From Treponema sp. (GTDB taxonomy: Bacteria; Spirochaetota; Spirochaetia; Treponematales; Treponemataceae): a stretch of DNA of 37,789 nt. Below, piece after piece: positions 8,921 to 17,848 of this stretch. Below the pieces are notes generated by a model. It was not told the origin of the DNA and searched no databases. It saw only the letters and a list, made by a program, of their open reading frames with translations. Position numbers and translations under genes: made by a program. Numbering within the stretch: the stretch's first letter is position 1; each line of letters opens with the position of its first letter. Location: the NCBI GenBank assembly GCA_012799545.1, contig JAAZLA010000059.1, forward strand, positions 1 to 37,789, written 5' to 3'.

Positions 8921-9480
8921 TAGCCGTCATTATCGCAGAATCAGAAGATTATATAAAAGAGCTTTCTCAAAAACTAGACGACGAAGGACTTAAAATTATT
9001 CGATATACATGGCTATTAAAAGCGCTTGATAACCTCGAAGAAATAAACCCACAAAGAATATACGTAAATGCCCTTGACTATCCTCGACACTGGAAAACAC
9101 TCGTTCAGTACACGAGGGGGAATTTTATAGAAAAAAAACCCGAATTTTTTTTGTATCAGATAGATAATTTTGATGAAGAAGAAAGAGAAAAAGCTAAATG
9201 CCTTGATGTAAAACTTATTGCAGATGTTAAAAGTCTAAGAAAAATAGAACAAAGTCTGGTGATGATAAATCCTCATACCAAAAAACTTATTTTAGGTACC
9301 GTTTCCTTATTAAAAAACAAGAGCATTGTTTTTAATTGTGAGCAAAACGAAAGTGTTCTCTGCCTTAAGCCCTCTGATCTTATTCAGAAGGCTGTACTCA
9401 AAAAAAACAAAGCTATATCTGAACCAGTGTTAAAAATAAGCTCAATTTCTCAAAAAACACTTCATTTGGAAATGCTATAA
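8917..9480 (+). CDS. Cytoplasmic protein of unknown function (receiver-like N-terminus, possible degenerate PilZ-like C-terminus)
   Basis: ATGA start/stop overlap with the upstream gene. The N-terminus MIAVIIAESEDYIKELSQKLDDEGLKII...RIYVNALDYP follows the beta-alpha pattern of CheY-like receivers, but the DD acidic pair is replaced. The C-terminus has RKIEQ-x21-NKSIVF where PilZ has RxxxR...D/NxSxxG. Confidence 0.5.
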   Translation: MIAVIIAESEDYIKELSQKLDDEGLKIIRYTWLLKALDNLEEINPQRIYVNALDYPRHWKTLVQYTRGNFIEKKPEFFLYQIDNFDEEEREKAKCLDVKLIADVKSLRKIEQSLVMINPHTKKLILGTVSLLKNKSIVFNCEQNESVLCLKPSDLIQKAVLKKNKAISEPVLKISSISQKTLHLEML

Positions 9481-9773
9481 TGAGTAAAAAACCAAGCTTT
9501 TTTTGTGAAAGATGTGGCACTAAGGTCGCGCAAAATGAAAAAGCTTGTCCCCATTGCGGCCGTTATTTTGCTTCCGTAAAATGCCCTTCCTGCAATTTTA
9601 CAGGAGAGAGCAAAGATTTTACTCAAGGCTGTCCTCGTTGTGGATATGCCTTACCAAAAGAAACCTACAGTAAGCAAAACACAAAAGGCAAAAACACAAT
9701 TAACGACAGTCTACCTTTCTGGGTATATTTAGTTGCTCTTTTATTATTAGTTCTTGTTCTGTATTTGCTATAA
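9480..9773 (+). CDS. Double zinc-ribbon protein with C-terminal transmembrane anchor
   Basis: Four Cys pairs: CERCG, CPHCG, CPSCN, CPRCG. C-terminal hydrophobic helix LPFWVYLVALLLLVLVLYLL. TAATG overlap with the upstream gene. Confidence 0.65.
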   Translation: MSKKPSFFCERCGTKVAQNEKACPHCGRYFASVKCPSCNFTGESKDFTQGCPRCGYALPKETYSKQNTKGKNTINDSLPFWVYLVALLLLVLVLYLL

Positions 9774-9775
9774 AA

Positions 9776-10939
9776 TTAGTCAAGATACATTTTTTCTACG
9801 CGTTTCCCTATCCCACACAATAATTCATACGAAATAGTCTTGCATAGTTTTGCAAGGTCATCCGCGGTATTACCACCATTTGGTCCAAAGAAAACAACTT
9901 CATCTCCTGCACTACAAGAATGATTTTTTCCCAAGTCAAGCATCAACTGATCCATGCAAATTCTACCTACAATAGGATAAAACGTCTCGTTTATTTTTAC
10001 ATCTAATCCAGGAGAGAGACATCTTCGTATCCCATCTTCATAGCCCATGGGAACAAGACCTATAAAGGTATCTTCAGCCGCAGTCCAGGTGCGCCCATAA
10101 GAAACAGAATCTCCTTTCGAAAGAGGAAAAATTTTTACCAGTTTTGACTTTAACTCCATAACTGGTTTTAAGCAATTATTTTTCTGTTCACAAAAATCTT
10201 TTAATTCAGCACTTGCGTAGTAGCCATATGCAGAGATTCCAGGACGAACCATATCAAAATGGGCATCAGGATGCAAAAAAATAGCGCCAGAATTTGCACA
10301 ATGTCGTAAACCAGGCTCTATGCCTTCTTGCTCTAGTATTTTTATAGAATCTTCAAAAAGCCTAATTTGTTTTTTTGTAAAAGCAATGTCCTCTGGGAGC
10401 AAGGAATCTGAAACAGATAAATGCGTACATACACCTTCTAAACGAAGCATATCCATTTCTTTTATGCATTGAGCAAGGGGAAGAGCATCGCTGACTTTGC
10501 AACCAACTCGCCCCATACCGGTATTTATTTTTAGATGTACCCCTAGTTTTTTGCCTAATGCGTTCGCAGAAGCTGAAAGTGCTTTTACTTGTTCAAAGCT
10601 TTCAACCACGAGAGAAAGATTATGTATGATGAGATTTTTGTATTCTGACTCATCGATAATACTAAGAACCAAAATAGGTATGTGAATGTCATTATGGCGC
10701 AAAAAAACAGCCTCTTCCACAGTCGAAACAGCAAGATAATCAAGACCGAGCTTTACAGCCTCTTTGGCTATTTTCAAGGCACCATGTCCATAGGCATCAG
10801 CTTTTACCGCAAGACAGATTTTTTTACCAAGAGCTTGTTTTTGTATCTCCAGTATATTGTCGCGAAAGTTTTGTAAGTAAATCGTTGCAATTTTGTTATT
10901 CATTCTATTTATCATATACCGATGCACTAAGTCTTTCAA
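9776..10939 (-). CDS. alr: Alanine racemase
   Basis: PLP-lysine motif AVKADAYGHG, then the typical downstream layout (HLKINTGMGRVG, SYGRTW, GRICMDQLMLD). The listed start at 10939 is TTG. ATGs at 10915 or 10903 (MNNKIATIYL...) are equally plausible, so the 5' end is uncertain by up to 36 nt. Confidence 0.9.
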   Translation of the reverse strand: MKDLVHRYMINRMNNKIATIYLQNFRDNILEIQKQALGKKICLAVKADAYGHGALKIAKEAVKLGLDYLAVSTVEEAVFLRHNDIHIPILVLSIIDESEYKNLIIHNLSLVVESFEQVKALSASANALGKKLGVHLKINTGMGRVGCKVSDALPLAQCIKEMDMLRLEGVCTHLSVSDSLLPEDIAFTKKQIRLFEDSIKILEQEGIEPGLRHCANSGAIFLHPDAHFDMVRPGISAYGYYASAELKDFCEQKNNCLKPVMELKSKLVKIFPLSKGDSVSYGRTWTAAEDTFIGLVPMGYEDGIRRCLSPGLDVKINETFYPIVGRICMDQLMLDLGKNHSCSAGDEVVFFGPNGGNTADDLAKLCKTISYELLCGIGKRVEKMYLD

Positions 10940-10958
10940 TATCTTTATCTGATAAAAC

Positions 10959-10987
10959 TTGAAAATTTTTAAAATTTGCTATATAAT
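10959..10987 (+). promoter_or_regulatory. sigma70-like promoter candidate (TTGAAA-N17-TATAAT) for the lipoprotein/rex operon
   Basis: TTGAAA at 10959-10964, a 17-nt spacer, TATAAT at 10982-10987. GGAG at 10996-10999 and ATG at 11006. Confidence 0.5.
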
Positions 10988-11005
10988 GAGTAACTGGAGT
11001 TTTTA

Positions 11006-12082
11006 ATGGTTTTTAAAAAATATGTATACATTCTCAATTTTATTTTTACGCTTACGCTTCTTTGCTCATGTATGAGTAGCCCAAAAAATCAATTGCCTCT
11101 ATCCACCGAGAAACAAACTTTTCAAACAAGCAAAGATGAATTAAAACAAGATACAGAAACAAAAGAAAAAATACTAACGGAAAATGATAAAATCCTTTTG
11201 GAATCGACAATAGAACAAGAAACAAAAAACATCGAAAATGAGCAGCTTGTATTGCAAAACTTTATCGATACACTAAGAAATCTTTCTATAAAGACTATAC
11301 AAAGCCCTACTGCTACAATAAAAGGAAAACCTTTTAATAAAGATTTTATATTTCAAATACTCGATAATGAAAACAATCCTGTTATTGACCAATCTATAAC
11401 GCTGCGCTACCCTATTGCAAAAGAGAACGACAGCATTTTTTTTCAAGAGACGATACTTATCTCTGATGCAAAAGGGTTCATTTCATTTTCACCAAAAGAG
11501 ACAGATTTTTCCTGCAATTCATTTCTATATCTATATCCAGTTATAGAAGGTAGTTTACAAAACAATGCGGAAATTGAAAAAATAATACAAAGCGAAGCAT
11601 ATAAAACAGCTTTTCAAATAAAAACCAATTTAATAAATGCGGGCGGCTCTCTCTGTCTTGCTGACTACGATAAAAACAATAGCGTCGTAACGACAAACGG
11701 CTATTCGACTTCCGCTCTTTTAGGCTCTCTTATACGAAATGGTTTTACAGGAGTTGGAAACCTTGAGTTTTATAAAGAAATAGATGCTGGCAATACAGAG
11801 TTTTTATTGCAGCAGGTAAAAAAATTGACAGGAGCAGTTTCTACTTATTTTATCTATGGCACAGTAAAATACGCCCGTCCACCAGAACAAGTCGAAACAA
11901 ACAAATATGAAGTAGAGCTAGAATGTGAAATTTTTTGCGTTCTTTTAAAAACCAATGAAGAAATCTATAAAACCAAAATTACTGTTACTGGTTTTGGCAA
12001 TACTGAAACTGCGGCTTTAAACGACGCACGAAACAATAAAATGAATGCGGTTCTTGCCGAAAAAATTATATACGGGATGTAA
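11006..12082 (+). CDS. Lipoprotein of unknown function
   Basis: Signal peptide plus lipobox-like LTLLCSC (MVFKKYVYILNFIFTLTLLCSCMSS). A polar, Glu/Lys/Thr-rich linker is followed by a globular C-terminal region. No family recognised. Confidence 0.65.
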   Translation: MVFKKYVYILNFIFTLTLLCSCMSSPKNQLPLSTEKQTFQTSKDELKQDTETKEKILTENDKILLESTIEQETKNIENEQLVLQNFIDTLRNLSIKTIQSPTATIKGKPFNKDFIFQILDNENNPVIDQSITLRYPIAKENDSIFFQETILISDAKGFISFSPKETDFSCNSFLYLYPVIEGSLQNNAEIEKIIQSEAYKTAFQIKTNLINAGGSLCLADYDKNNSVVTTNGYSTSALLGSLIRNGFTGVGNLEFYKEIDAGNTEFLLQQVKKLTGAVSTYFIYGTVKYARPPEQVETNKYEVELECEIFCVLLKTNEEIYKTKITVTGFGNTETAALNDARNNKMNAVLAEKIIYGM

Positions 12083-12083
12083 A

Positions 12084-12728
12084 ATGATAAAAATACCAGC
12101 TTCACCTTCTGTACGAAGGCTACCTTCTTATTTGCATATTATTCGCCAAGCTCATATCGATGGCTACGAATATATATCAGGAACCATTATTGCACAAGAA
12201 TTGCAGTTGGAACCGATACAGGTACGCAAGGACCTTGCCATAACAGGCATTGTTGGCAAACCCAAACGCGGCTACCCAGTAGTCGCCCTTATTTCTGCCA
12301 TAGAACACTTTCTCGGCTGGGACAATAAAAACAAGGCTATCATCGTTGGCGCAGGAAACTTGGCAACCGCCCTCACCGGCTATTCTGAATTTGAATTTCA
12401 CGGCTTAGAATTTGTTTGTGCCTTTGATACCGATCCAGAAAAAATCGGAAAAAAAATTCACGGGGTTCCTATTTACTCGATGGCATCAATAAAAACACAG
12501 GTAAAAAAATTAAATGCAGCTATTGCTATTATCACCGTTCCCTCACAATTTGCACAAGAAACCGCCGACATGGTTGTAGAAACAGGTATAAAAGCAATTT
12601 GGAATTTTACAAATGTAAAACTCACACTCCCAAAAGGAGTTGTCTCACAAAGAGAAGATCTTACCTCCGGTTATGCAATGCTCAGCGTTAAAATGATATT
12701 TGATAAGGAAAAACGTGTCTTAGAATGA
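12084..12728 (+). CDS. rex: Redox-sensing transcriptional repressor Rex
   Basis: N-terminal winged-helix signature IPASPSVRRLPSYLHIIR, Rossmann motif IIVGAGNLATAL, and about 214 aa. The ATG at 12084 lies 1 nt after the upstream stop. The listed 12045 start would overlap the lipoprotein gene by 38 nt. Confidence 0.88.
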   Translation: MIKIPASPSVRRLPSYLHIIRQAHIDGYEYISGTIIAQELQLEPIQVRKDLAITGIVGKPKRGYPVVALISAIEHFLGWDNKNKAIIVGAGNLATALTGYSEFEFHGLEFVCAFDTDPEKIGKKIHGVPIYSMASIKTQVKKLNAAIAIITVPSQFAQETADMVVETGIKAIWNFTNVKLTLPKGVVSQREDLTSGYAMLSVKMIFDKEKRVLE

Positions 12729-13690
12729 GACAAAATAATTTAGTTTTTTTAGAAAACAGACTTCGAAAACGATATAAGCACTTAAAAAAATGGGCTCGAA
12801 AAAATAAGATTTTTGCATATCGTCTTTACAACAAAGATATTCCAGAATTTCCCCTTGCAGTCGATCTCTACGAAAACAAAGAAGATGCAAAAACCTATGT
12901 TATCTTGACCTTCTATAAGCAGCCTGCAGATAAGACAGAAGATTTAGAAGCCATGTGGATAAAAGACAGAGTTTCCATTTGTGCAAAAATCTTAGACATA
13001 CCAGAAGAGAATATCTTTGTAAAAATGCGAGAAAGAAAAAAAGCCCTCAGTCAATATGAAAAAATAGCGGAAAAAGAAAAAACAATACTTGTAGAAGAAC
13101 ACGATAATCTGTTTAAAATAAATCTTTCAAACTATATCGACACAGGGCTTTTTTTAGATCATCGAAACTTACGCCTTATAGTAAAAAATGAAGCAAAAGA
13201 TAAAAGCGTCTTAAATCTTTTTTGTTATACTGCATCTTTTTCTGTCCATGCAGCCTCTGCAGGAGCAAGCTTAGTTGATTCGGTAGACTTATCAAATACC
13301 TATTTAGAATGGGCAAAGGAAAATTTTTTACTAAATAAACTTGAAGGAGAAAATTTTTCCTTCATAAAAAGCGATGTCATTCAGTTTTTAAAAAGCTGTA
13401 AAAAAAAATATGACCTTATTATTTTAGATCCGCCAACCTTTTCCAACTCAAAATCTACTACAACGATTCTCGACATAAATCGCGATTATGAAGAACTTAT
13501 AAAGCGAACCTATGCCCTCCTAAATCCCGACGGATGCCTTTACTTTTCTAGCAATAGTAAAAGCCTAAAAGTCGAGCTGGAAAACTTTTCCTTTGCCAAA
13601 GAAATGCAAGAAATTACAAAACAAACTATTTCAGAAGATTTTTTGGGGAAAAGACCGCATCGATCTTGGAAGATAGTCAAAACTCCATAA
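12725..13690 (+). CDS. Class I SAM-dependent methyltransferase, RlmI/RlmK(L)-like (DPPxF type)
   Basis: SAM-binding strand VLNLFCYTASFSV and catalytic motif ILDPPTFSNSK (D-P-P-x-F), as in the rRNA m5C/m2G methyltransferase family. ATGA overlap with the rex stop. Confidence 0.7.
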   Translation: MRQNNLVFLENRLRKRYKHLKKWARKNKIFAYRLYNKDIPEFPLAVDLYENKEDAKTYVILTFYKQPADKTEDLEAMWIKDRVSICAKILDIPEENIFVKMRERKKALSQYEKIAEKEKTILVEEHDNLFKINLSNYIDTGLFLDHRNLRLIVKNEAKDKSVLNLFCYTASFSVHAASAGASLVDSVDLSNTYLEWAKENFLLNKLEGENFSFIKSDVIQFLKSCKKKYDLIILDPPTFSNSKSTTTILDINRDYEELIKRTYALLNPDGCLYFSSNSKSLKVELENFSFAKEMQEITKQTISEDFLGKRPHRSWKIVKTP

Positions 13691-13697
13691 TTTAAAC

Positions 13698-13738
13698 AAA
13701 AAAAAGCTACTGAAGAAATGTGTTTTCAGTAGCTTTTT
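13698..13738. terminator. Bidirectional intrinsic terminator between convergent methyltransferase gene and rpmE
   Basis: Perfect inverted repeat AGCTACTGAA (13705-13714) / TTCAGTAGCT (13725-13734) with a 10-nt loop. It is flanked by an A-run upstream and a T-run downstream, extendable to 14 bp. Confidence 0.8.
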
Positions 13739-13751
13739 AATCATTTTAGGC

Positions 13752-13955
13752 TTATTTTTTAATATTAAAGCGCTTATTAAATCTTTCAATACGACCTGCA
13801 GTATCGACTAATTTTTGCTTGCCGGTAAAAAACGGATGGCAAGCAGAGCAAATTTCCACGTTAATATCTTTAACAGTAGATCGTGTCTCTATAACATTAC
13901 CACAAACACAGCTAATCTTAGTCATTTCGTATTTAGGATGTATACCATCTTTCAT
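13752..13955 (-). CDS. rpmE: 50S ribosomal protein L31 (Zn-binding type A)
   Basis: [10 protein letters not shown]-terminus, Cys pairs CVCG and [10 protein letters not shown], 67 aa. Confidence 0.95.
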   Translation of the reverse strand: MKDGIHPKYEMTKISCVCGNVIETRSTVKDINVEICSACHPFFTGKQKLVDTAGRIERFNKRFNIKK

Positions 13956-14007
13956 GTAAAACCTCCATCACAGTACAGTATATTATAATAAAAAAAACTT
14001 ATTTAAT

Positions 14008-15600
14008 CTAGCCCATATCTGAAGTATTCATCGATTTTAAAAACACTTCATTGTTTTTTGATTTTTTCATCTTATCAAGCAATAATTCCATAATTTCAAT
14101 ATCGTCCATAGGGCTTATAACCTTCCGTAAAACCCAAACTTTTTGCAATTCTTCTTCTGTCAGCAACAATTCTTCTTTTCTTGTGCCAGAACGTTTAATA
14201 TTAAAAGCAGGGAAAAGTCGTCGATCGGCAAGTTTTCGGTCTAGGTTTATTTCGTTGTTACCTGTCCCCTTAAATTCTTCGAAAATAACTTCGTCCATGC
14301 GACTACCGGTTTCGATTAAAGCTGTTGAAATAATTGTGAGGCTTCCACCTTCCTCAACATTTCGGGCAGCACCAAAAAAACGCTTGGGCTTGTGCAAGGC
14401 ATTTGAATCAACACCGCCAGACAAAACCTTGCCTGAGGTAGGTGCCGTTTGGTTATAGGCCCGAGCAAGCCTTGTGATAGAATCAAGGAAGATAACTACA
14501 TCCATTTTGTTTTCGACTAGACGTTTTGCCTTCTCCAAAACCATTTCGGCAACTTGTACGTGACGAGTTGCTTGCTCATCAAAGGTTGAAGAAATAACCT
14601 CTGCTTTAATAGAACGCTCCATTTCAGTAACTTCTTCGGGACGCTCGTCTATAAGCAATACAATTAAATATACTTCTGGATGATTTGTAGTAATCGCATT
14701 TGCTATCTTTTGCATTAAAATAGTTTTCCCAGCCTTTGGTGGTGCAACAATTAAGGCTCGCTGCCCCTTTCCAATAGGTGAAAACAAGTTTAAAATTCTT
14801 GTAGCAACTTCATTCGTTGTTGTTTCAAGATTTAGTTTTTCAGTTGGATACAAAGGAGTAAGATTCTCAAAGGGGATGCGCGTCTGCGCTGTTCTCGTAT
14901 CATTCATATTTACGGTTTCAATGCGTAACAAGGCAAAAAACCGCTCACCTTCTTTTGGAGAACGAATCTGACCGTAAATAGTGTCTCCCGTTTTTAGGTT
15001 AAAAAGACGTATTTGACTCGGGGAAATATAAATATCATCAGAGCCTGGTAAATAAGAGTTTTGCGGGGAACGTAAAAAACCATATCCATCAGGTAAAATT
15101 TCTAAAGCACCGGAAGAGAAAATAATACCACCTTTTTCTGTATGTGCCTTTAAAATAACAAAGATAAGTTCTTGTTTTTTCATAGGTGCTAAATCATCTC
15201 TTGCAAGTCCATAGTCAGCAGCAAGATTTCTGAGTTCGTGCATTCCCATTCGAGATAAATCATTTATGCTTAGTCGGGGTTTTGAATCACGATTTAGTAA
15301 ATCATCTTCTGTATGCAAGTCGACTTCTTTCTGTTGCTTTTTTTCTAGATCATTTTGTTTTTTGGGCTTTGGCCTGACAACAACTTTTTCTTTCGCAGCT
15401 CCTTTCGCTTGCCCCTTTGTTGTTTTGCTGTTTACTTTCACCTTTGTTGCCTTAGGTTTTGTTTCTTCTGTTGTTCCGTCAGATATTTTTTCCTGAGCTT
15501 TATCTTCATCTATTAAATCTAAATGAATTTGTTCATCACTGCCAGATTCAATGTGTTCTTCTGACGTGTCAATAAAACGACGGCCTTTTGTAATTGCCAT
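14008..15600 (-). CDS. rho: Transcription termination factor Rho with about 110-aa N-terminal extension
   Basis: Rho_N-like [26 protein letters not shown]-binding CSD region (GYGFLR), Walker A APPKAGKT, and C-terminal [10 protein letters not shown]-type [10 protein letters not shown]. The ATG at 15600 has a GGAG 6 nt upstream and is preferred to the listed 15612. Confidence 0.93.
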   Translation of the reverse strand: MAITKGRRFIDTSEEHIESGSDEQIHLDLIDEDKAQEKISDGTTEETKPKATKVKVNSKTTKGQAKGAAKEKVVVRPKPKKQNDLEKKQQKEVDLHTEDDLLNRDSKPRLSINDLSRMGMHELRNLAADYGLARDDLAPMKKQELIFVILKAHTEKGGIIFSSGALEILPDGYGFLRSPQNSYLPGSDDIYISPSQIRLFNLKTGDTIYGQIRSPKEGERFFALLRIETVNMNDTRTAQTRIPFENLTPLYPTEKLNLETTTNEVATRILNLFSPIGKGQRALIVAPPKAGKTILMQKIANAITTNHPEVYLIVLLIDERPEEVTEMERSIKAEVISSTFDEQATRHVQVAEMVLEKAKRLVENKMDVVIFLDSITRLARAYNQTAPTSGKVLSGGVDSNALHKPKRFFGAARNVEEGGSLTIISTALIETGSRMDEVIFEEFKGTGNNEINLDRKLADRRLFPAFNIKRSGTRKEELLLTEEELQKVWVLRKVISPMDDIEIMELLLDKMKKSKNNEVFLKSMNTSDMG

Positions 15601-15662
15601 TCTTTTCTCCATGTAAGTGGGTGATTTATTTATATGAATTATACTATTTGATAAGTGTAAAG

Positions 15663-15694
15663 AAAAAAGTAATATACAAGATACTACTTGTATA
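15663..15694 (-). terminator. Weak intrinsic terminator candidate after the bactofilin gene
   Basis: 8-bp AT-rich stem TATACAAG (15673-15680) / CTTGTATA (15687-15694). On the minus strand it is followed by ATTAC then a T6 run (plus-strand A-run 15663-15668). Only 2 GC pairs. Confidence 0.3.
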
Positions 15695-15722
15695 AAGAGT
15701 ATACTCTCTAAAAAAAATTAGG

Positions 15723-16139
15723 TCAAGTATTTTGTATTAAGGTGAGAGATTCTTTATATTGTGCTGGACTTAAAGCAAAAAGATTCGCATCAGATTGTTT
15801 GTCAATCATTGTAACTCTTCCTTGGAACTCAACCTTATCTTCTATGCGAATTTTCCCAGTATTCACATTTCCAATTACTTTACATCCCTGCTTCATTTCA
15901 ATTTTTTCAGGAGCATAGAGGTTCCCAGTAACTTGACCTAAAACAACAATAGATTGTGCATAAATGGTATCTACAGAACAAGTTGCATTTTTCTCTATTT
16001 CTAGATCTCCTGAAGATTCTATAGAGCCCTCAAAAGTTCCGGTAATTATAAGGGAATCTTTAAATTGTAAGACTCCCGAAAAATGAGTTTCAGGACCCAA
16101 AACAGTAAGTGCTTTTGAGTTTTGTTGTTGTTTTGCCAT
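15723..16139 (-). CDS. Bactofilin (polymer-forming cytoskeletal protein)
   Basis: 138 aa. The beta-helical repeat pattern typical of the bactofilin/DUF583 domain is visible (ITGTFEGSIESSGDLEIEKNATCSVDTIYAQSIVVLGQVTGNLYAPEKIEMKQGCKVIGNVNTGKIRIE). The start shares a TAATG overlap with the lnt stop. Confidence 0.8.
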   Translation of the reverse strand: MAKQQQNSKALTVLGPETHFSGVLQFKDSLIITGTFEGSIESSGDLEIEKNATCSVDTIYAQSIVVLGQVTGNLYAPEKIEMKQGCKVIGNVNTGKIRIEDKVEFQGRVTMIDKQSDANLFALSPAQYKESLTLIQNT

Positions 16140-17848
16140 TATTCTTTTTCCTTTTTAAATCCTAAGCTAATATTAATTATATAAAGACTAAGAGCGAGTA
16201 TAACAAAAATATAGCCCATGTAATCGCCCCATTTATTATATAAGCTTGGCTTTACAGTATCAATAATCGGTATAGAGCCAATTAAATAGGTTTCAACAAA
16301 GGGTTCCGCCATTGCCATTATCCTGCCATTCGGGTCAATAAAACAAGTTTGACCGGAAGCCGTTGAACGAACTTGTGGTACCCTGTTTTCAAGAGACCTA
16401 AAAACAGCCATAGAAAGATGTTGGTATTGGCAAGCGAGGCTTTTTGACCACGCGTCATTAGAAATATTTACAAAGGCTTGCGCACCATTTTTTACAAAAT
16501 CCCTTCCGATATAGCCGAAGGTATCTTCAAAACAAATCGGCGTACCAAAACCAAGTCCGTCAATGCGCAAGATGTTTTTCTCTAAACCAGGTTCCCACAT
16601 GTGAGTATCGCCATTTAACAAGGCTTGGTAGAGCTTTGGGAAGAGCTTTTCAAAAGGAAAATGCTCAGTAAAAGGAACGAGGTGATTTTTTTTATACATT
16701 TCAGGTTTAGGCGGATAGACATTGACCCCTGGATAAAACAAAAGTGCAGCATTGTAGTCCAAAATGCGAAACTCACCGAGCCTGTCATAGCCCTCAACAC
16801 CATAATCATTCCCTAAAAGTATGGGAGCGGGAAGACTATCTATAAAATCTAAGAGAATTTTAACTTGCTCATAACTTTCAGGATATAAGCGTTTTGCATA
16901 ATGCCATTCAATGCGCGGAATAAAAGCAGTTTCCGGCCAAACAATTAAATCTGCCTCTAAACCTTGTTTTTCAAGGTCTGCTAAGGCTTCATTTGTCAAT
17001 CGAATCAATGTATGCAAATTATATTTATATGTTTCGTGGTCCCCTATCCATGGATCGACATTTGATTGTATCAATACAATCGTTTTTTGAGGATAGTCAT
17101 CATAATTTTTTTGTACAACAAAGCCGTATACAAGAACGAGGAAAAAGATACAAAGCCATGCTATTAAAGGTTTGAAAAATACGTCTATACTTTCCCGAAA
17201 AACTCTCGGCGAAAAAAAAGCTCGATTACTTTTATCCCTTTGCATAAGTTTATCTTTGTATACTTGATACACACTAAATGACAGAGACGAAACAAATAAA
17301 ATCAAGGCTGAGAGTCCCCAAACGCCTACAATATCTGTTATTTGTATAATGGGGGGAAGACTCCATTGAGTATATGCCGCAAGGCCATAATGAAAACCAG
17401 CAAAACCAAGTGTTTTTATAAACTCATAAGCAGATAAGATAAGCCATTGCATATAAAGTAGTTTTTTAGTAAAAACTACGCTTGTCAGTTTTTGCCTTTC
17501 TAAAATAATCCGAGCGCTTACAAGAATCGGAAACAATAAGGCGTATTGAAAACCGTATAAAAAAGAAATAACCAAGATGCCCATGGGGTGAAATGTTGCC
17601 AGCCAATAGGTAAAAATACAATAGGCAATCACGCCATACAAAAAACCATAGAAAAAGCTTTCTTTTAAACGTAGACGAGAAATCAAAATAAGCAGTGGCA
17701 AATACATAAAATAAGCTAAAAAGAAAAAGCCTTTTTGCCCTATACTATTTGGATGAGAAAGTGAAAAAAGAAGTGCTGAAGAAAGCAATAATGCAAAGTG
17801 TATAAAAAATCGCTGTAAACCCAACATGGTCTTTGTTTTATTTTGCAT
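16139..17848 (-). CDS. lnt: Apolipoprotein N-acyltransferase
   Basis: Polytopic N-terminal membrane domain plus a CN-hydrolase domain with the E-K-C triad contexts LIVWPETAF, YKKNHLVPFTE and GTPICFEDTF. The ATG at 17848 overlaps the upstream stop (TAATG); the listed 17875 start would overlap the HU gene by 28 nt. Confidence 0.9.
   Translation of the reverse strand: MQNKTKTMLGLQRFFIHFALLLSSALLFSLSHPNSIGQKGFFFLAYFMYLPLLILISRLRLKESFFYGFLYGVIAYCIFTYWLATFHPMGILVISFLYGFQYALLFPILVSARIILERQKLTSVVFTKKLLYMQWLILSAYEFIKTLGFAGFHYGLAAYTQWSLPPIIQITDIVGVWGLSALILFVSSLSFSVYQVYKDKLMQRDKSNRAFFSPRVFRESIDVFFKPLIAWLCIFFLVLVYGFVVQKNYDDYPQKTIVLIQSNVDPWIGDHETYKYNLHTLIRLTNEALADLEKQGLEADLIVWPETAFIPRIEWHYAKRLYPESYEQVKILLDFIDSLPAPILLGNDYGVEGYDRLGEFRILDYNAALLFYPGVNVYPPKPEMYKKNHLVPFTEHFPFEKLFPKLYQALLNGDTHMWEPGLEKNILRIDGLGFGTPICFEDTFGYIGRDFVKNGAQAFVNISNDAWSKSLACQYQHLSMAVFRSLENRVPQVRSTASGQTCFIDPNGRIMAMAEPFVETYLIGSIPIIDTVKPSLYNKWGDYMGYIFVILALSLYIINISLGFKKEKE

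Noticed and set aside
12045-12083. Longer N-terminal extensions offered by the ORF track: rex 12045, lnt 17875, dinG 21077, ATP-grasp 26979, fusion gene 29590, radical-SAM gene 32248, rho 15612, amidase 25240.
   Set aside because: Most of the extended starts are TTG/GTG codons that overlap the upstream gene or a structural RNA element. In-frame ATGs give the usual N-terminal family signatures or stop-start coupling. The exception is rho 15612, which is an ATG lacking an RBS, whereas the ATG at 15600 has one. The true starts remain predictions.
12954-12962. Perfect DnaA-box 9-mer (TGTGGATAA, complement of TTATCCACA) inside the methyltransferase gene. There is also an 8/9 match, GTATCCACA, at 26887-26895.
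   Set aside because: These are isolated single boxes inside or between ordinary genes. There is no cluster, no AT-rich unwinding element and no dnaA/dnaN nearby, so this is not an origin.
15696-15707. Perfect 12-bp palindrome AGAGTATACTCT in the bactofilin-rho intergenic region.
   Set aside because: It is a single, short, AT-rich copy with no second copy in the window and no known operator consensus that I can match. It could be chance in AT-rich DNA.
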